From contig MEPR01000073.1 in the NCBI GenBank assembly GCA_001769835.1, positions 1,112 to 65,111 on the forward strand: a DNA stretch of 64,000 nt. Direction: 5' to 3'. This stretch comes from Bdellovibrionales bacterium GWB1_55_8 (GTDB taxonomy: Bacteria > Bdellovibrionota > UBA1018). Shown one piece after another: positions 1-9,574 of this stretch (position 1 is its first letter; each line of letters starts with the position of its first letter). The notes beneath the pieces were generated by a model, which searched no databases, had not been told where the DNA came from, and was given only the letters and a program-made list of their open reading frames with translations. The position numbers were made by a program, and so were the translations under genes.

Positions 1-2061
1 GCAGCCAAAGGCACGACTCAGCAACGCGCCATCGGCTTTCCCTCAGGTTCCGGCTGGGAATCCCTTTGCAAAAGTCCCATGACTCAATCAGCGCAAAAAA
101 CTCGCGCCAACGTCCACTGGCGTGCCACGGACATGACGAATCGTTTTCAATATACCGCCCACGCCATGGCAGATCCGGACCGTCCCGGAATTCGAGCGGT
201 TGCCGTGGTGATTCAAGACCTCTCCTATCTTCGTGAACGATGGATCGATGTCTTCATTGGAACAGCCGTTTTGACCTGGAGCGTCGGAGCAATTCTACTG
301 CTGCTCATGGCCACCCAGGTTCGCGGCTGGGTTCGCTCCAATGTGGGTTTACTGAGGCACAATCTCAAATCAATGGTGGCAGGACGCAGGCCCATGGTCT
401 CATCGGACTTCTCAGGCCTTTCAAGTGAACTGAAGCCGCTTTCAGAAGAGGTCGGAAAACTCGCGGCGCGAGTCATTTCGCTTTCAGATGCAAAACTTCC
501 CTCCGAGTCCTCCTGGTTGGAATCCCTGAAAAAGACCATTGGGGGCCGCAGTCTTCTGGTGATCGCCAATCGTGAACCTTACATCCATCAACGCACCATC
601 GATAGCCGATTCAGCTACCCACGCGGCCGAATCCACGTCATTCGACCTGCAAGTGGCCTGGTAACCGCGCTCGAACCTATTTTGCGCCACACCGGAGGCC
701 TGTGGATCGCCCACGGAAGCGGGAACGCCGATCCTGAGGTGGTTGACGCGAACAATGAAGTCAGAGTTCCTCCTGAACGCCCCACTTACAGCCTCAGGCG
801 TGTCTGGCTCACCAAGGAGCAGAACACCGGATACTACTACGGGTTCGCGAATGAGGGCCTTTGGCCTCTCTGTCATCTGGCGCATACAAGACCCATCTTC
901 CGCCTTTCTGACTGGCAGAAATACCGCGAAGTGAACCAGTTGTTTTGCGACGCCGTACCTCAGGAACGAATCGACGGTGACTCGCTCATCCTGGTACAGG
1001 ACTACCACTTCGCAATGCTGCCACGAATGCTGAAGCAGCGAAAAGGTCCCGAAAGTCGCGCAAAAGTGGGCATCTTCTGGCACATTCCGTGGCCGAACGC
1101 GGAAACATTCGGAATCTGCCCCTGGCACCAGGATCTCCTCCGCGGAATGCTCGGGGCTGACGTGATCGGCTTTCACACTCAGTATCACTGCAACAATTTC
1201 CTCGACACCTGTGACCGTTACCTGGAATCACGAATTGATCGCGAGCACTTTTCCGTGACAATGGACAATCACCAGACTTTCATTCGCGCCTTTCCGATCG
1301 GAATCGATACCGCGCCGGTACGGGTTCTCAGTCACGAGGAACGTGTCCAGCTGAAAGAACATTACGGAATCCGTGCTCCCATCGTGGCGGTCGGAGTGGA
1401 TCGCCTCGATTATACGAAAGGCCTCCTGGAACGTGTTGAAGCCGTGGAACGCTTCCTTGAAAAATACCCGCAGTACGTCGGTAAGTTCACATTTGTCCAG
1501 ATGGGATCACCGAGCCGAACGGATATCCCGTCCTATCGGGTGCTCGTTGAGCAACTCCACGAAGCAGTGTTACGCGTGAACACGAGATTCACGGGTCCCA
1601 GGGAACAGAGAAGCGGCTACCGTCCCATCGTATTTCTCAGTCAGCACCACGAGTGGGATGAGATCAAATATTTCTACCAGATCGGGGATCTCTGCATGGT
1701 GACCTCGCTCCACGATGGAATGAACCTCGTCGCCAAAGAATACGTCTGGTGCCAGGCCCCCGATCGCGGAGCCCTGATCCTGAGCAAGTTCACCGGGGCC
1801 AGCCGCGAGCTCACGGAAGCCTTCATCGTGAATCCCTATTCCATCGAGGAGATGGCCGATGCCATTGCCGCGGCCATCGCCATGCCCGCCGAGGAACGCC
1901 AGCGACGCATGACCGCCCTACGGGAAAAGGTACAATCCCATAATGCCTATCATTGGGCGTCCGACGTCATCGAGGCGCTGGTACGAACCGAAGCCCCGTC
2001 CGCGAAGCCCACTGAAGTAGCCGAAATGCCGGGTGAAGCACCGAAAAAAGCCGCCGGCTGA
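1..2061 (+). CDS. otsA: Trehalose-6-phosphate synthase (GT20, OtsA-like) with N-terminal membrane-anchored extension; probably 5'-truncated by window edge
   Basis: GT20 motifs ANREPY, SGLVTAL, YYYGFANEGLWPLCH, QDYH, FWHIPWP, GVDRLDYTKG, HDGMNLVAKEY. Frame 1 is open from base 1 into the listed ORF (79..2061). A hydrophobic helix precedes the catalytic domain. Confidence 0.9.
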   Translation, partial: AAKGTTQQRAIGFPSGSGWESLCKSPMTQSAQKTRANVHWRATDMTNRFQYTAHAMADPDRPGIRAVAVVIQDLSYLRERWIDVFIGTAVLTWSVGAILLLLMATQVRGWVRSNVGLLRHNLKSMVAGRRPMVSSDFSGLSSELKPLSEEVGKLAARVISLSDAKLPSESSWLESLKKTIGGRSLLVIANREPYIHQRTIDSRFSYPRGRIHVIRPASGLVTALEPILRHTGGLWIAHGSGNADPEVVDANNEVRVPPERPTYSLRRVWLTKEQNTGYYYGFANEGLWPLCHLAHTRPIFRLSDWQKYREVNQLFCDAVPQERIDGDSLILVQDYHFAMLPRMLKQRKGPESRAKVGIFWHIPWPNAETFGICPWHQDLLRGMLGADVIGFHTQYHCNNFLDTCDRYLESRIDREHFSVTMDNHQTFIRAFPIGIDTAPVRVLSHEERVQLKEHYGIRAPIVAVGVDRLDYTKGLLERVEAVERFLEKYPQYVGKFTFVQMGSPSRTDIPSYRVLVEQLHEAVLRVNTRFTGPREQRSGYRPIVFLSQHHEWDEIKYFYQIGDLCMVTSLHDGMNLVAKEYVWCQAPDRGALILSKFTGASRELTEAFIVNPYSIEEMADAIAAAIAMPAEERQRRMTALREKVQSHNAYHWASDVIEALVRTEAPSAKPTEVAEMPGEAPKKAAG

Positions 2062-2114
2062 CGCGTGCAGCGCGCGCCTTTCCTTGATCCCATGATTTCG
2101 ATAAGGTGGGATGC

Positions 2115-2792
2115 ATGCGAATCACCGAAGTCGGAAACCAGATCATCCAGTGCACCGCTTGCCCCAGGCTCCGGAAGCACTGCTTGAAAACCGCGTCCGA
2201 AAGAAGGAGATCGTTCCAGGATCAGGAATACTGGGGAAAACCCATCACCGGTTTCGGCGATCCCAAAGCAAGGCTGATGCTAGTCGGTCTGGCGCCCGCA
2301 GCTCACGGAGCCAATCGCACCGGGCGGATCTTTACCGGCGATCGCTCGGGGGATTGGCTTTTTCGCGCGCTCCATCGCGCGGGTTTCGCAAATCAGCCCC
2401 ATTCCACCTCAGCCGATGACGGGCTGCAATTAAAGGACGCTTACGTCAGCTGCGTCGTGAAATGCGCGCCACCCGATAACCGTCCAACACCCGCGGAACT
2501 CGACCGGTGTATTCCATTCCTTCAACAGGAACTCTCCTGCATGAAACAGGTGCGCGTGTGGATCGCTCTCGGCCAGATTGGCTATCACGGATTATGGCCG
2601 CTCCTTTCCAGGCAGCCCGGCCACAAACGCGCGCGCCCCGCTTTCGGGCACGGCAAAAGAATTGATCTCGCTGAGGGCAAAACGCTTTTGCTTTCCTACC
2701 ATCCGAGCCAGCAGAACACGTTTACCGGCAGGCTGACGGAAGTCATGTTTGATTCGGTATTTGAGCAGGCGAAAACCCTGCTCCAGAAATAA
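2115..2792 (+). CDS. Uracil-DNA glycosylase, family 5 (UdgB-like, 4Fe-4S)
   Basis: CxxCPRL, GLAPAAHGANRTGRIFTGD, CAPPDNRP and SYHPSQQNT motifs. ATG 2115 chosen within ORF 2106..2792. Confidence 0.9.
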   Translation: MRITEVGNQIIQCTACPRLRKHCLKTASERRRSFQDQEYWGKPITGFGDPKARLMLVGLAPAAHGANRTGRIFTGDRSGDWLFRALHRAGFANQPHSTSADDGLQLKDAYVSCVVKCAPPDNRPTPAELDRCIPFLQQELSCMKQVRVWIALGQIGYHGLWPLLSRQPGHKRARPAFGHGKRIDLAEGKTLLLSYHPSQQNTFTGRLTEVMFDSVFEQAKTLLQK

Positions 2793-4491
2793 CCGAATGA
2801 TCTACGCGGCGCTTGAGCACGAAATAATCGCGCTCAAAAAGAGTCAGGTCGCGTTTGTCCCAGGCATCTTTCCAAAGAGGTTTTCCGGAATCGCTCTCAC
2901 CATGGGTACGCCAGCGTTTCCAAAAGTACTGGTCAAAACGCTCCGCGGGGAGCGTCTCGCTCATAAAACGATCAAAAGTCTCGCGGCCCTCGCCTGCCGC
3001 GACCAGGATCAGATCGCCTCGCAAAAACGCCTCTTTCAAAGCAGCGGGAGTATGCATCCCATCGACCGGACGCCCGATGAAAAATCGGAGAATCCCCCAC
3101 TCACTCCAGATATTCCTCTGAAGATTGACGTAGGACAGGCGCGCAGTCGAAGCGTCCGGGATCTCGCGCAGCAGCCGCCGCAGATCCACAACCTCGCGTT
3201 CGCCGATGACCATGAAAAATGATCCAAGCGCCCAGTAAAGCCCCAGCGTGCTCCAAGCCAGGTGCTTGACGCGAATTTCCTTCCCTTGAGCTGCGTACCA
3301 CCAACCGGCCACCGCGATCGCACTCGAAATCCAGAGCCACGGAAGCAGCCACGAAGGCCACCACTCGGGAAGCGGAGAAAGCCTAAGAACAATCGCCGTC
3401 ACACCTGCGGGAATGATCAAAAACAGAAGTCCCGTCGCGCGCACGGCCATGCGGTAAGCCAGGCTCCACAGAGCGGAATCCCGAGTCACGCGTAAGGTGA
3501 TCCCGATGAGCAAGACCACCGCGGAGATGACCGGGATGTTGTAGTTTTCAAACCGATAAGGATGCCAAAGGAAGAAAAGGACACTCGGAAGACAGAACAA
3601 GACAATGAGACTGACCAGACGTCGATAGACTTTGTCCGTGAAGAGCTTTCCGGCCCCCGCAAACAAATGGACATAAGCCAGTGTCGCCAAAAAAAACCAG
3701 GGAAAGAGGTAAAAACCGAAAGTTGAAACCACGGGAGTGAGCGGTCCCTGATGCGTAGAGGATTTGAGAACCAATTCCTTCATCAGATACTGGGAAATGA
3801 AGTTGTCCCGGTCTCCGAAATAAGCCGGCAGATATCCAGCTACACAAAGAATCACGCCCCAGAGCGCCGCTAGCCAACACCTCGGATCCTTCGCTCGTTT
3901 GAGCAGCTCTCCCGAAGCACCCCAGAACGCGACAGCCGAAACGCCCAGAAAAGCCGAATGCAGCGGAGCTTTGACCCAGCCCGCGATGCCCGCCACAGTC
4001 CAGAACGCGAATCCTGCACGTCCTGCTGAGCCGTCGAGCAGGTACAAGGCCAGAGCGAACAACCCAGCCAGTTCGATTTCCATCTGGCTTGCGTAGGCAT
4101 GTGAATAGACACCGACCGAGAGGGCAAAAGCGCTGCCAAGGAAAAGTGCCCCTTCCGGCCAGTCCGGGAACCTGCGCCGAACCAGGGCTCCCAAGGCCCA
4201 TCCGCCCAGAACCAGAAAAACGAGGTTCATGTAGAGAATGGCCCAAGGCGAATTCCCGAAGGTCCCCATGCCTATGCGCAACAAGACATAATGGAGCGGG
4301 CCCTTGTAGTAGTCGGGGGAATCCTGAAGCGTCTGAACAAACCAGTGCCCGTCACGAGCCATTTCGACGGCCTGTGATACGTATACTTTTTCGTCTCCTG
4401 CCGTGCGGACAAATCGGGAGCCTAGAAAAGGCGCATAAGCCGATACAATCAGCACGGCAAGTGCTAACTGCCAGGTCAAAAAACGTTTCAT
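2743..4491 (-). CDS. ArnT/PMT-like (GT-C fold) integral membrane glycosyltransferase
   Basis: GDEKVY..AVEM and YYKGPLHY motifs typical of the ArnT family; many TM helices. ATG 4491 chosen, downstream of the small gene at 4517. Confidence 0.75.
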   Translation of the reverse strand: MKRFLTWQLALAVLIVSAYAPFLGSRFVRTAGDEKVYVSQAVEMARDGHWFVQTLQDSPDYYKGPLHYVLLRIGMGTFGNSPWAILYMNLVFLVLGGWALGALVRRRFPDWPEGALFLGSAFALSVGVYSHAYASQMEIELAGLFALALYLLDGSAGRAGFAFWTVAGIAGWVKAPLHSAFLGVSAVAFWGASGELLKRAKDPRCWLAALWGVILCVAGYLPAYFGDRDNFISQYLMKELVLKSSTHQGPLTPVVSTFGFYLFPWFFLATLAYVHLFAGAGKLFTDKVYRRLVSLIVLFCLPSVLFFLWHPYRFENYNIPVISAVVLLIGITLRVTRDSALWSLAYRMAVRATGLLFLIIPAGVTAIVLRLSPLPEWWPSWLLPWLWISSAIAVAGWWYAAQGKEIRVKHLAWSTLGLYWALGSFFMVIGEREVVDLRRLLREIPDASTARLSYVNLQRNIWSEWGILRFFIGRPVDGMHTPAALKEAFLRGDLILVAAGEGRETFDRFMSETLPAERFDQYFWKRWRTHGESDSGKPLWKDAWDKRDLTLFERDYFVLKRRVDHSVISGAGFSPAQIPNQT

Positions 4492-4516
4492 GAAGCGAAC
4501 GCGGTTCCCCGCGAGC

Positions 4517-4711
4517 TTACTTCTTGCGGTTCTTTTTCTTGCGGAACGCGGACTTCTTCTCGGTTGAGCGCTTGGATTTCGCGGCAAAATAGGTCTTCGC
4601 GAATTCCTTGTCCGTGCTCAGCTTCAGGTTGCGCTTTTTGCGGCCCTCGGTTCGAAGAGTCCGGCGTGATTTCGCGGACGGGGTCGCAGGTGTGGTTGCA
4701 GCGGTGGCCAT
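4517..4711 (-). CDS. Small, highly basic hypothetical protein (64 aa)
   Basis: AAGGAG RBS a few nt before the ATG; upstream TTGCTG-N16-TACAAG promoter-like sequence; fills the gap between real genes; 23 of 64 residues are K/R. Confidence 0.7.
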   Translation of the reverse strand: MATAATTPATPSAKSRRTLRTEGRKKRNLKLSTDKEFAKTYFAAKSKRSTEKKSAFRKKKNRKK

Positions 4712-4799
4712 AAGATCTCCTTAAAATCTGAAAGATGATCTTGTACCATAGCCTCTTCGGACAGCAAACCGTTTCTAGGGGTTCAAGGCGGATTCAAAG

Positions 4800-5465
4800 A
4801 TGGCCCTATTCCGAGAGATCCCGGAAAATCCGGATGGCATCGTAGGCGTAGGCGGGGACCTGAAGCCCGAAACCCTGCTTTATGCATATCGGCGAGGCAT
4901 TTTCCCCTGGCCGATGGAAGGATACCCGCTCACCTGGTTCTCTCCGCCTGAACGGGCCATTCTCGAATTCCGGAATCTGCATGTTCCTAGAAGTCTTGAG
5001 CGTGCGCGGCGCCAAAGCAGGCTTCATTTCACGTTCGATCAGGCCTTTTCAAAGGTGATCCGGCACTGTGCTCAGGTTCCCCGGCCAGGCCAGGACGGCA
5101 CCTGGATCACCTCCAGAATGGTAACCGGCTATCAGGCCCTCCACGCATTGGGCGCAGCTCATAGTGCGGAAGCATGGAATGGCGACCAGCTTGTGGCAGG
5201 GCTTTACGGCGTGGACGTCGACGGGGCTTTTGCCGCCGAAAGCATGTTTCACCTGCAGGCAAATGCGTCGAAACTCCTGCTGCTCACCCTCTTTGAGCAT
5301 TTGGGTCGGCAGGGACTCGACTGGATCGACATCCAGGTTCTGACCCCGCATCTCGAGGCACTGGGTGCCCGGGCTATCCCTCGGAGCGAGTTCCTGGAGA
5401 GACTGGCAAAGACTCGGGCTCGCGGCTTGAAGCTTTTTCCCGCACAACAGCCGTCTTCTCCATGA
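4800..5465 (+). CDS. aat: Leucyl/phenylalanyl-tRNA--protein transferase
   Basis: GGDL..ETLLYAYRRGIFPW, TWIT, AHSAEAW, ESMFH, NASK and DIQV..HL motifs; next to clpSA. Confidence 0.95.
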   Translation: MALFREIPENPDGIVGVGGDLKPETLLYAYRRGIFPWPMEGYPLTWFSPPERAILEFRNLHVPRSLERARRQSRLHFTFDQAFSKVIRHCAQVPRPGQDGTWITSRMVTGYQALHALGAAHSAEAWNGDQLVAGLYGVDVDGAFAAESMFHLQANASKLLLLTLFEHLGRQGLDWIDIQVLTPHLEALGARAIPRSEFLERLAKTRARGLKLFPAQQPSSP

Positions 5466-7932
5466 ACTCGAAATCCACCTGCTCGCCAGACATGGACACC
5501 TTCACACGTCCGCCTGACTCCAGGCGCCCGAAGAGGATCTCTTCTGCTAATGGCTTTTTCAGATAGTCCTGAATGAGGCGAGCCATGGGTCGAGCGCCCA
5601 TACGACGGTCGTAACCTTTTCTGGCGAGCCAGTCTCGCACGTCGGGCCCAATCTCAATATCCACGCTCTTCGCCAGGAGCTGCGACTCAAGCTCGAGGAG
5701 CTGCTTCCCGACGACGTGGCCAACCGCCACCGGGTCCAGTGAATTGAAGTAAACAATGCCATCCAGGCGGTTCCGGAATTCGGGACTGAACGTCTGCTCG
5801 ACCGCCTTTTTCGCGCCCGAACCATCATTCGCAGTTGACCCAACGAGCCCATCGGTTTCCTGAGGGCCCACACCTAGCGGTCGACGCTCCAAGTCTCTGG
5901 AACCGACGTTCGAGGTCAGGATCAGGATGGCATTCCTGAAATCAGCTTTCCGGCCGTTGTTATCGGTAAGAAAGCCATGGTCCATCACCTGGAGAAGGAT
6001 ATTCCAGATATCGCCGTGAGCTTTTTCGATTTCATCCAGCAAAACCACGGAATGAGGGTTCTTTAAAACGGCATCAGTCAGCATGCCGGCCTGCTCAAAA
6101 CCCACATATCCCGGAGGAGCCCCGATCAGCCGGGAAACCGTGTGTTTCTCGCTGTACTCGCTCATGTCAAACCGCAGAAAAGGAACCCCAAGGCACTGCG
6201 AGAGCTGCTTGCTCAATTCCGTTTTTCCAACGCCGGTAGGGCCGCAGAACAGGAATGCGCCGACGGGACGCTCTGCCGTGCGAAGGCCCGAGCGAGCAAG
6301 CCGAATCGAGGTGACGAGAGCTTCGATCGCGTGATCCTGCCCGTAGATGGTGAACTTGAGATCCCGCTCCAGACTCTTCAGCCGCGTTTTCTGGGTGACT
6401 GAAACGGATTTGGCCGGAATCCGGGCAATCTGCGCAATTACTTCCTCGATTGCCTCAGCTCCGATCAGAACATCTTTTTCGCGCTTCTTGTCCGGCGATT
6501 TCAAACGTGCTTTCGCGCCGGCCTCATCGATGACGTCGATGGCCTTATCGGGAAGAAAACGGTCGGTCAGATGTTTTGATGAAAGCTCCACCGCCGCCCG
6601 GAGAGCTTCCGCTGAATACCGCACACCGTGGTGTTTTTCGTATCGTTCCTTGAGACCGTTCAGTATCTGGACGGCTTCCTCCACGGAAGGCTCGGGAACG
6701 TCGATCTTCTGAAAACGGCGCGCCAGCGCATGATCTTTCTCAAAAACGTTTCGGTATTCCTGATAAGTCGTCGAGCCGATGCAACGTAACTCACCCTGGC
6801 CGAGCACGGGTTTCAGGAGATTGGCCGCATCCAAAGCCCCCCCGCTGACCGCTCCGGCGCCGATAATGGTGTGAATCTCGTCAATCAGGAGGATGGGCTC
6901 ATGTCCCTGTTCCCGCTGTTTCTGCAAGGCAACCAGCACTTTTTTCAGGCGCTGCTCAAAGTCACCGCGGAACTTCGCCCCGGCGAGCAATGCTCCGAGA
7001 TCAAGCGCGTAGACCACTGCGTTCGAAAGATGTTCGGGAACCTCTCCCCTCACGATTCGCTCCGCAAGACCTTCGGCCAGCGCTGTTTTTCCGACACCTG
7101 CCTCGCCGACAAGAAGAGGATTGCTTTTCTGTCGGCGGCAAAGCGTCTGAACGATTCTCTCGACCTCGTTTTTGCGTCCGATCAGCGGGTCCACTTTTCC
7201 CGCCTCAGCACGCTCATTGAGATTGCGAGCATAAAGGACCAGCGGGTCATCCGACGAACGGTTCGGAGCCGGCTTTCCCGGAATACTTGTGGGTTGCGGG
7301 GAAAGGTCCGTTGAAGGAGCCTCCTCCGTACGATTTTCATCTTTCTGAATCCCATGACTGATGAAATTCAGCACATCCAGACGATCGATACCCTGCTTGG
7401 ACAAAAGATGGAGCGCGTGCGAATCTCTCGCCTGGAAAAGGGCAACCAGCAGATCCGCGGGTCGGATTTCGTCTTTGCCGGCGGATTGCACATGAAACAA
7501 CGCGCTTTGAATCAAGCGCTGAATACTGAGAGTCGCGATCGGATGTTCCCAGCCGGCCTCGTCACGGCCCTCGCTTTCTCCCTCTTCGGCTTCTCCGGAC
7601 GCGTCCATTTCCTGATCTGGATCCTGATCGGGATCGACATCTTCTCCGGATTCCGAAGCAGACAGCTCTTCATCTGGCGAAGGCGAAGCCGAAGAGTCGG
7701 GCGATTCAGCTTGCTCGGGAACTCCCGTTCGCGGGATTTCAGTTTCGAGGTAGCCCTCAAGCTCGGTCCGCATCCGGACCGGTTCGCCGCCGCAAGCGTC
7801 GATGATCTCGACAATTTCGTTCTCGCGCAAAAGACTCCAGAGCACATGCTCGAGCGTAAAATATTCGTGGTCCTGCTCGACAGCGAATCGGACAGCTCGG
7901 TTGAGGACGATTTCTGCTTTGCGTCCAATCAT
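5374..7932 (-). CDS. clpA: ATP-dependent Clp protease ATP-binding subunit ClpA
   Basis: Two AAA+ modules ([16 protein letters not shown]), RFDMSEY and [13 protein letters not shown]; no ClpB M-domain. ATG 7932 overlaps the clpS stop (ATGA). Confidence 0.95.
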   Translation of the reverse strand: MIGRKAEIVLNRAVRFAVEQDHEYFTLEHVLWSLLRENEIVEIIDACGGEPVRMRTELEGYLETEIPRTGVPEQAESPDSSASPSPDEELSASESGEDVDPDQDPDQEMDASGEAEEGESEGRDEAGWEHPIATLSIQRLIQSALFHVQSAGKDEIRPADLLVALFQARDSHALHLLSKQGIDRLDVLNFISHGIQKDENRTEEAPSTDLSPQPTSIPGKPAPNRSSDDPLVLYARNLNERAEAGKVDPLIGRKNEVERIVQTLCRRQKSNPLLVGEAGVGKTALAEGLAERIVRGEVPEHLSNAVVYALDLGALLAGAKFRGDFEQRLKKVLVALQKQREQGHEPILLIDEIHTIIGAGAVSGGALDAANLLKPVLGQGELRCIGSTTYQEYRNVFEKDHALARRFQKIDVPEPSVEEAVQILNGLKERYEKHHGVRYSAEALRAAVELSSKHLTDRFLPDKAIDVIDEAGAKARLKSPDKKREKDVLIGAEAIEEVIAQIARIPAKSVSVTQKTRLKSLERDLKFTIYGQDHAIEALVTSIRLARSGLRTAERPVGAFLFCGPTGVGKTELSKQLSQCLGVPFLRFDMSEYSEKHTVSRLIGAPPGYVGFEQAGMLTDAVLKNPHSVVLLDEIEKAHGDIWNILLQVMDHGFLTDNNGRKADFRNAILILTSNVGSRDLERRPLGVGPQETDGLVGSTANDGSGAKKAVEQTFSPEFRNRLDGIVYFNSLDPVAVGHVVGKQLLELESQLLAKSVDIEIGPDVRDWLARKGYDRRMGARPMARLIQDYLKKPLAEEILFGRLESGGRVKVSMSGEQVDFEFMEKTAVVREKASSREPESLPVSPGTRSEG

Positions 7933-8300
7933 AAAAGGGGTTCTAGCGCACACCGCAGGGGAAATCCATGGGCTCGGGCATATTCCTGCACCTGCGCCAC
8001 CTTGGTCTCCGCAATTTCAAACACGTAGACGCCCGCCAAACCTTGTCCCTCCTGGTGCACCCGCAGCATAATTTGAGCCGCTTCCTGCCGCGACTTTCGA
8101 AAAAAGCGCTGCAAGACATCCACCACAAAGTCCATCGTCGTGTAATCGTCGTTCAACAGAAGAACAGCATATTTCGCTGGCTCTTTGAGCTTTGGCCGGC
8201 CCTCCTCGACCGCCACGTCCGAGCCGGTTTCTTCCTGGAAACGGCTGTCATCTGAGTCAGGCGAGTCGGGAAATCCGGACGAACTGATAGGCATGAGCAT
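7929..8300 (-). CDS. clpS: ClpA adaptor protein ClpS
   Basis: YAVLLLNDDYTTMDFVV, IMLRVH..G, EIAETK and FPLRC motifs; directly upstream of clpA. Confidence 0.95.
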   Translation of the reverse strand: MLMPISSSGFPDSPDSDDSRFQEETGSDVAVEEGRPKLKEPAKYAVLLLNDDYTTMDFVVDVLQRFFRKSRQEAAQIMLRVHQEGQGLAGVYVFEIAETKVAQVQEYARAHGFPLRCALEPLL

Positions 8301-8403
8301 TTCATTAAAGTAGCACATGCATGGCCTCCGCTTGCAAGGTCTGCTTGACCGGGCGTGCACTCTCCCTCATTCTGACCTTAGCACTCGAGAAAGGCGGCCG
8401 ACC

Positions 8404-8961
8404 ATGACTCAGCAGACGGACGATCCAACTGGATCTCAGAAAAAACCTGACTCGCTCAAAAGGCAGCTGGAGCTCGCCAGGTTTGACCGTGCACTGGAAG
8501 TTTCCGAGAGCATGGCTTCCCGCCGGGTGCTTCTGACCACAACCGAGCTAGGCCGACTCAACAATATCCTTACCGGCCGGAACGAAGACCCGTGGCGGCA
8601 GGCGCCCGTCACGATCACGCTGCCATCAGGAGCTTCGGAAACGCTCGCACTCATGTCCGATCCGCTCGTCACGACCCGCGAGAAGTTGCACCATGCCACG
8701 GAACTCGCTGAATCAGGCGCCGTGATTGACGCAGCAGTGGACGTTTACGCGGGCCTGGTGCTCGCTCACGTTTTCGAGGATGCCAATCGCCGCACAGCAG
8801 TACTCGCGGCGCATTATTTTCTTCATCGGTACGGCGTGCCCGTATCAGGGATCGCTTTGCACGAAATCGGATTGGGCGACCTGCGCGAAGAAGGTCAGAC
8901 AGAACTGCTCCGTGAAACCATCCGCCAGATGGCGAAATTCGCCACCCGGCAGCGCAGCTAA
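8404..8961 (+). CDS. Fic/Doc-family protein
   Basis: Motif HVFEDANRRTA. ATG 8404 follows GAAAGG. Confidence 0.8.
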   Translation: MTQQTDDPTGSQKKPDSLKRQLELARFDRALEVSESMASRRVLLTTTELGRLNNILTGRNEDPWRQAPVTITLPSGASETLALMSDPLVTTREKLHHATELAESGAVIDAAVDVYAGLVLAHVFEDANRRTAVLAAHYFLHRYGVPVSGIALHEIGLGDLREEGQTELLRETIRQMAKFATRQRS

Positions 8962-8962
8962 A

Positions 8963-9574
8963 CTATCTGGAATTCGCCAGTCCACGCGGCATCGAAGTGC
9001 GTTTGGCCAGAGTCGTGGGATCTGGAAGAACTTCCCAGGGGTCCACAGCCTCAACCCCGTTACGTACTTCAAAGTGAACATGAGGCCCGCTAGAGCGGCC
9101 ACTGTTGCCGCTCAGTGCGATTTTCTGCCCCCTTCTCACCCGCTGTCCCACTCGCACCAGAAGCTTTGAGTTGTGGGCATAAACTGTCGCGATACGCTCG
9201 CGGTGACGGATCACTATCATTTTACCGTAACCTCTAAGCCGTTGTCCGGCGAACAAAACGACACCTGATTCCGCGGCAAGCACCGGCGTGCCTGTTCTGG
9301 CGCGGAGATCAATACCCTCATGGACGTTCTTACCGCGACTGCCATACATGGAGGTGACGTGCACCATTTCAATGGGCCACTGAAGCGCCAGTCCCTTTTT
9401 TTTCATTTCTGAAATCAGAACTGCCGCGGGCCTGCGACCGCCATCAGCCTTTCCCAGACGATCCAGAAGCCCTGTGCGACCGCTTCCCATGGGGCTGACC
9501 GTCGAACATCCGCCCGCGATGACGGTGAAAACGACAAGCGCTATCGCGGAGCGTGAGGCGGCAAAAAAACTCAT
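8963..9574 (-). CDS. M23-family peptidase, NlpD-like lipoprotein
   Basis: Lipobox-like AGGC; HEGID, YAHNS and GPHVHFE motifs; downstream of surE. Confidence 0.9.
   Translation of the reverse strand: MSFFAASRSAIALVVFTVIAGGCSTVSPMGSGRTGLLDRLGKADGGRRPAAVLISEMKKKGLALQWPIEMVHVTSMYGSRGKNVHEGIDLRARTGTPVLAAESGVVLFAGQRLRGYGKMIVIRHRERIATVYAHNSKLLVRVGQRVRRGQKIALSGNSGRSSGPHVHFEVRNGVEAVDPWEVLPDPTTLAKRTSMPRGLANSR

Noticed and set aside
8300-8403. Phd-like antitoxin upstream of the Fic/Doc gene
   Set aside because: The gap is only about 100 nt and holds divergent promoters; no suitable ORF.
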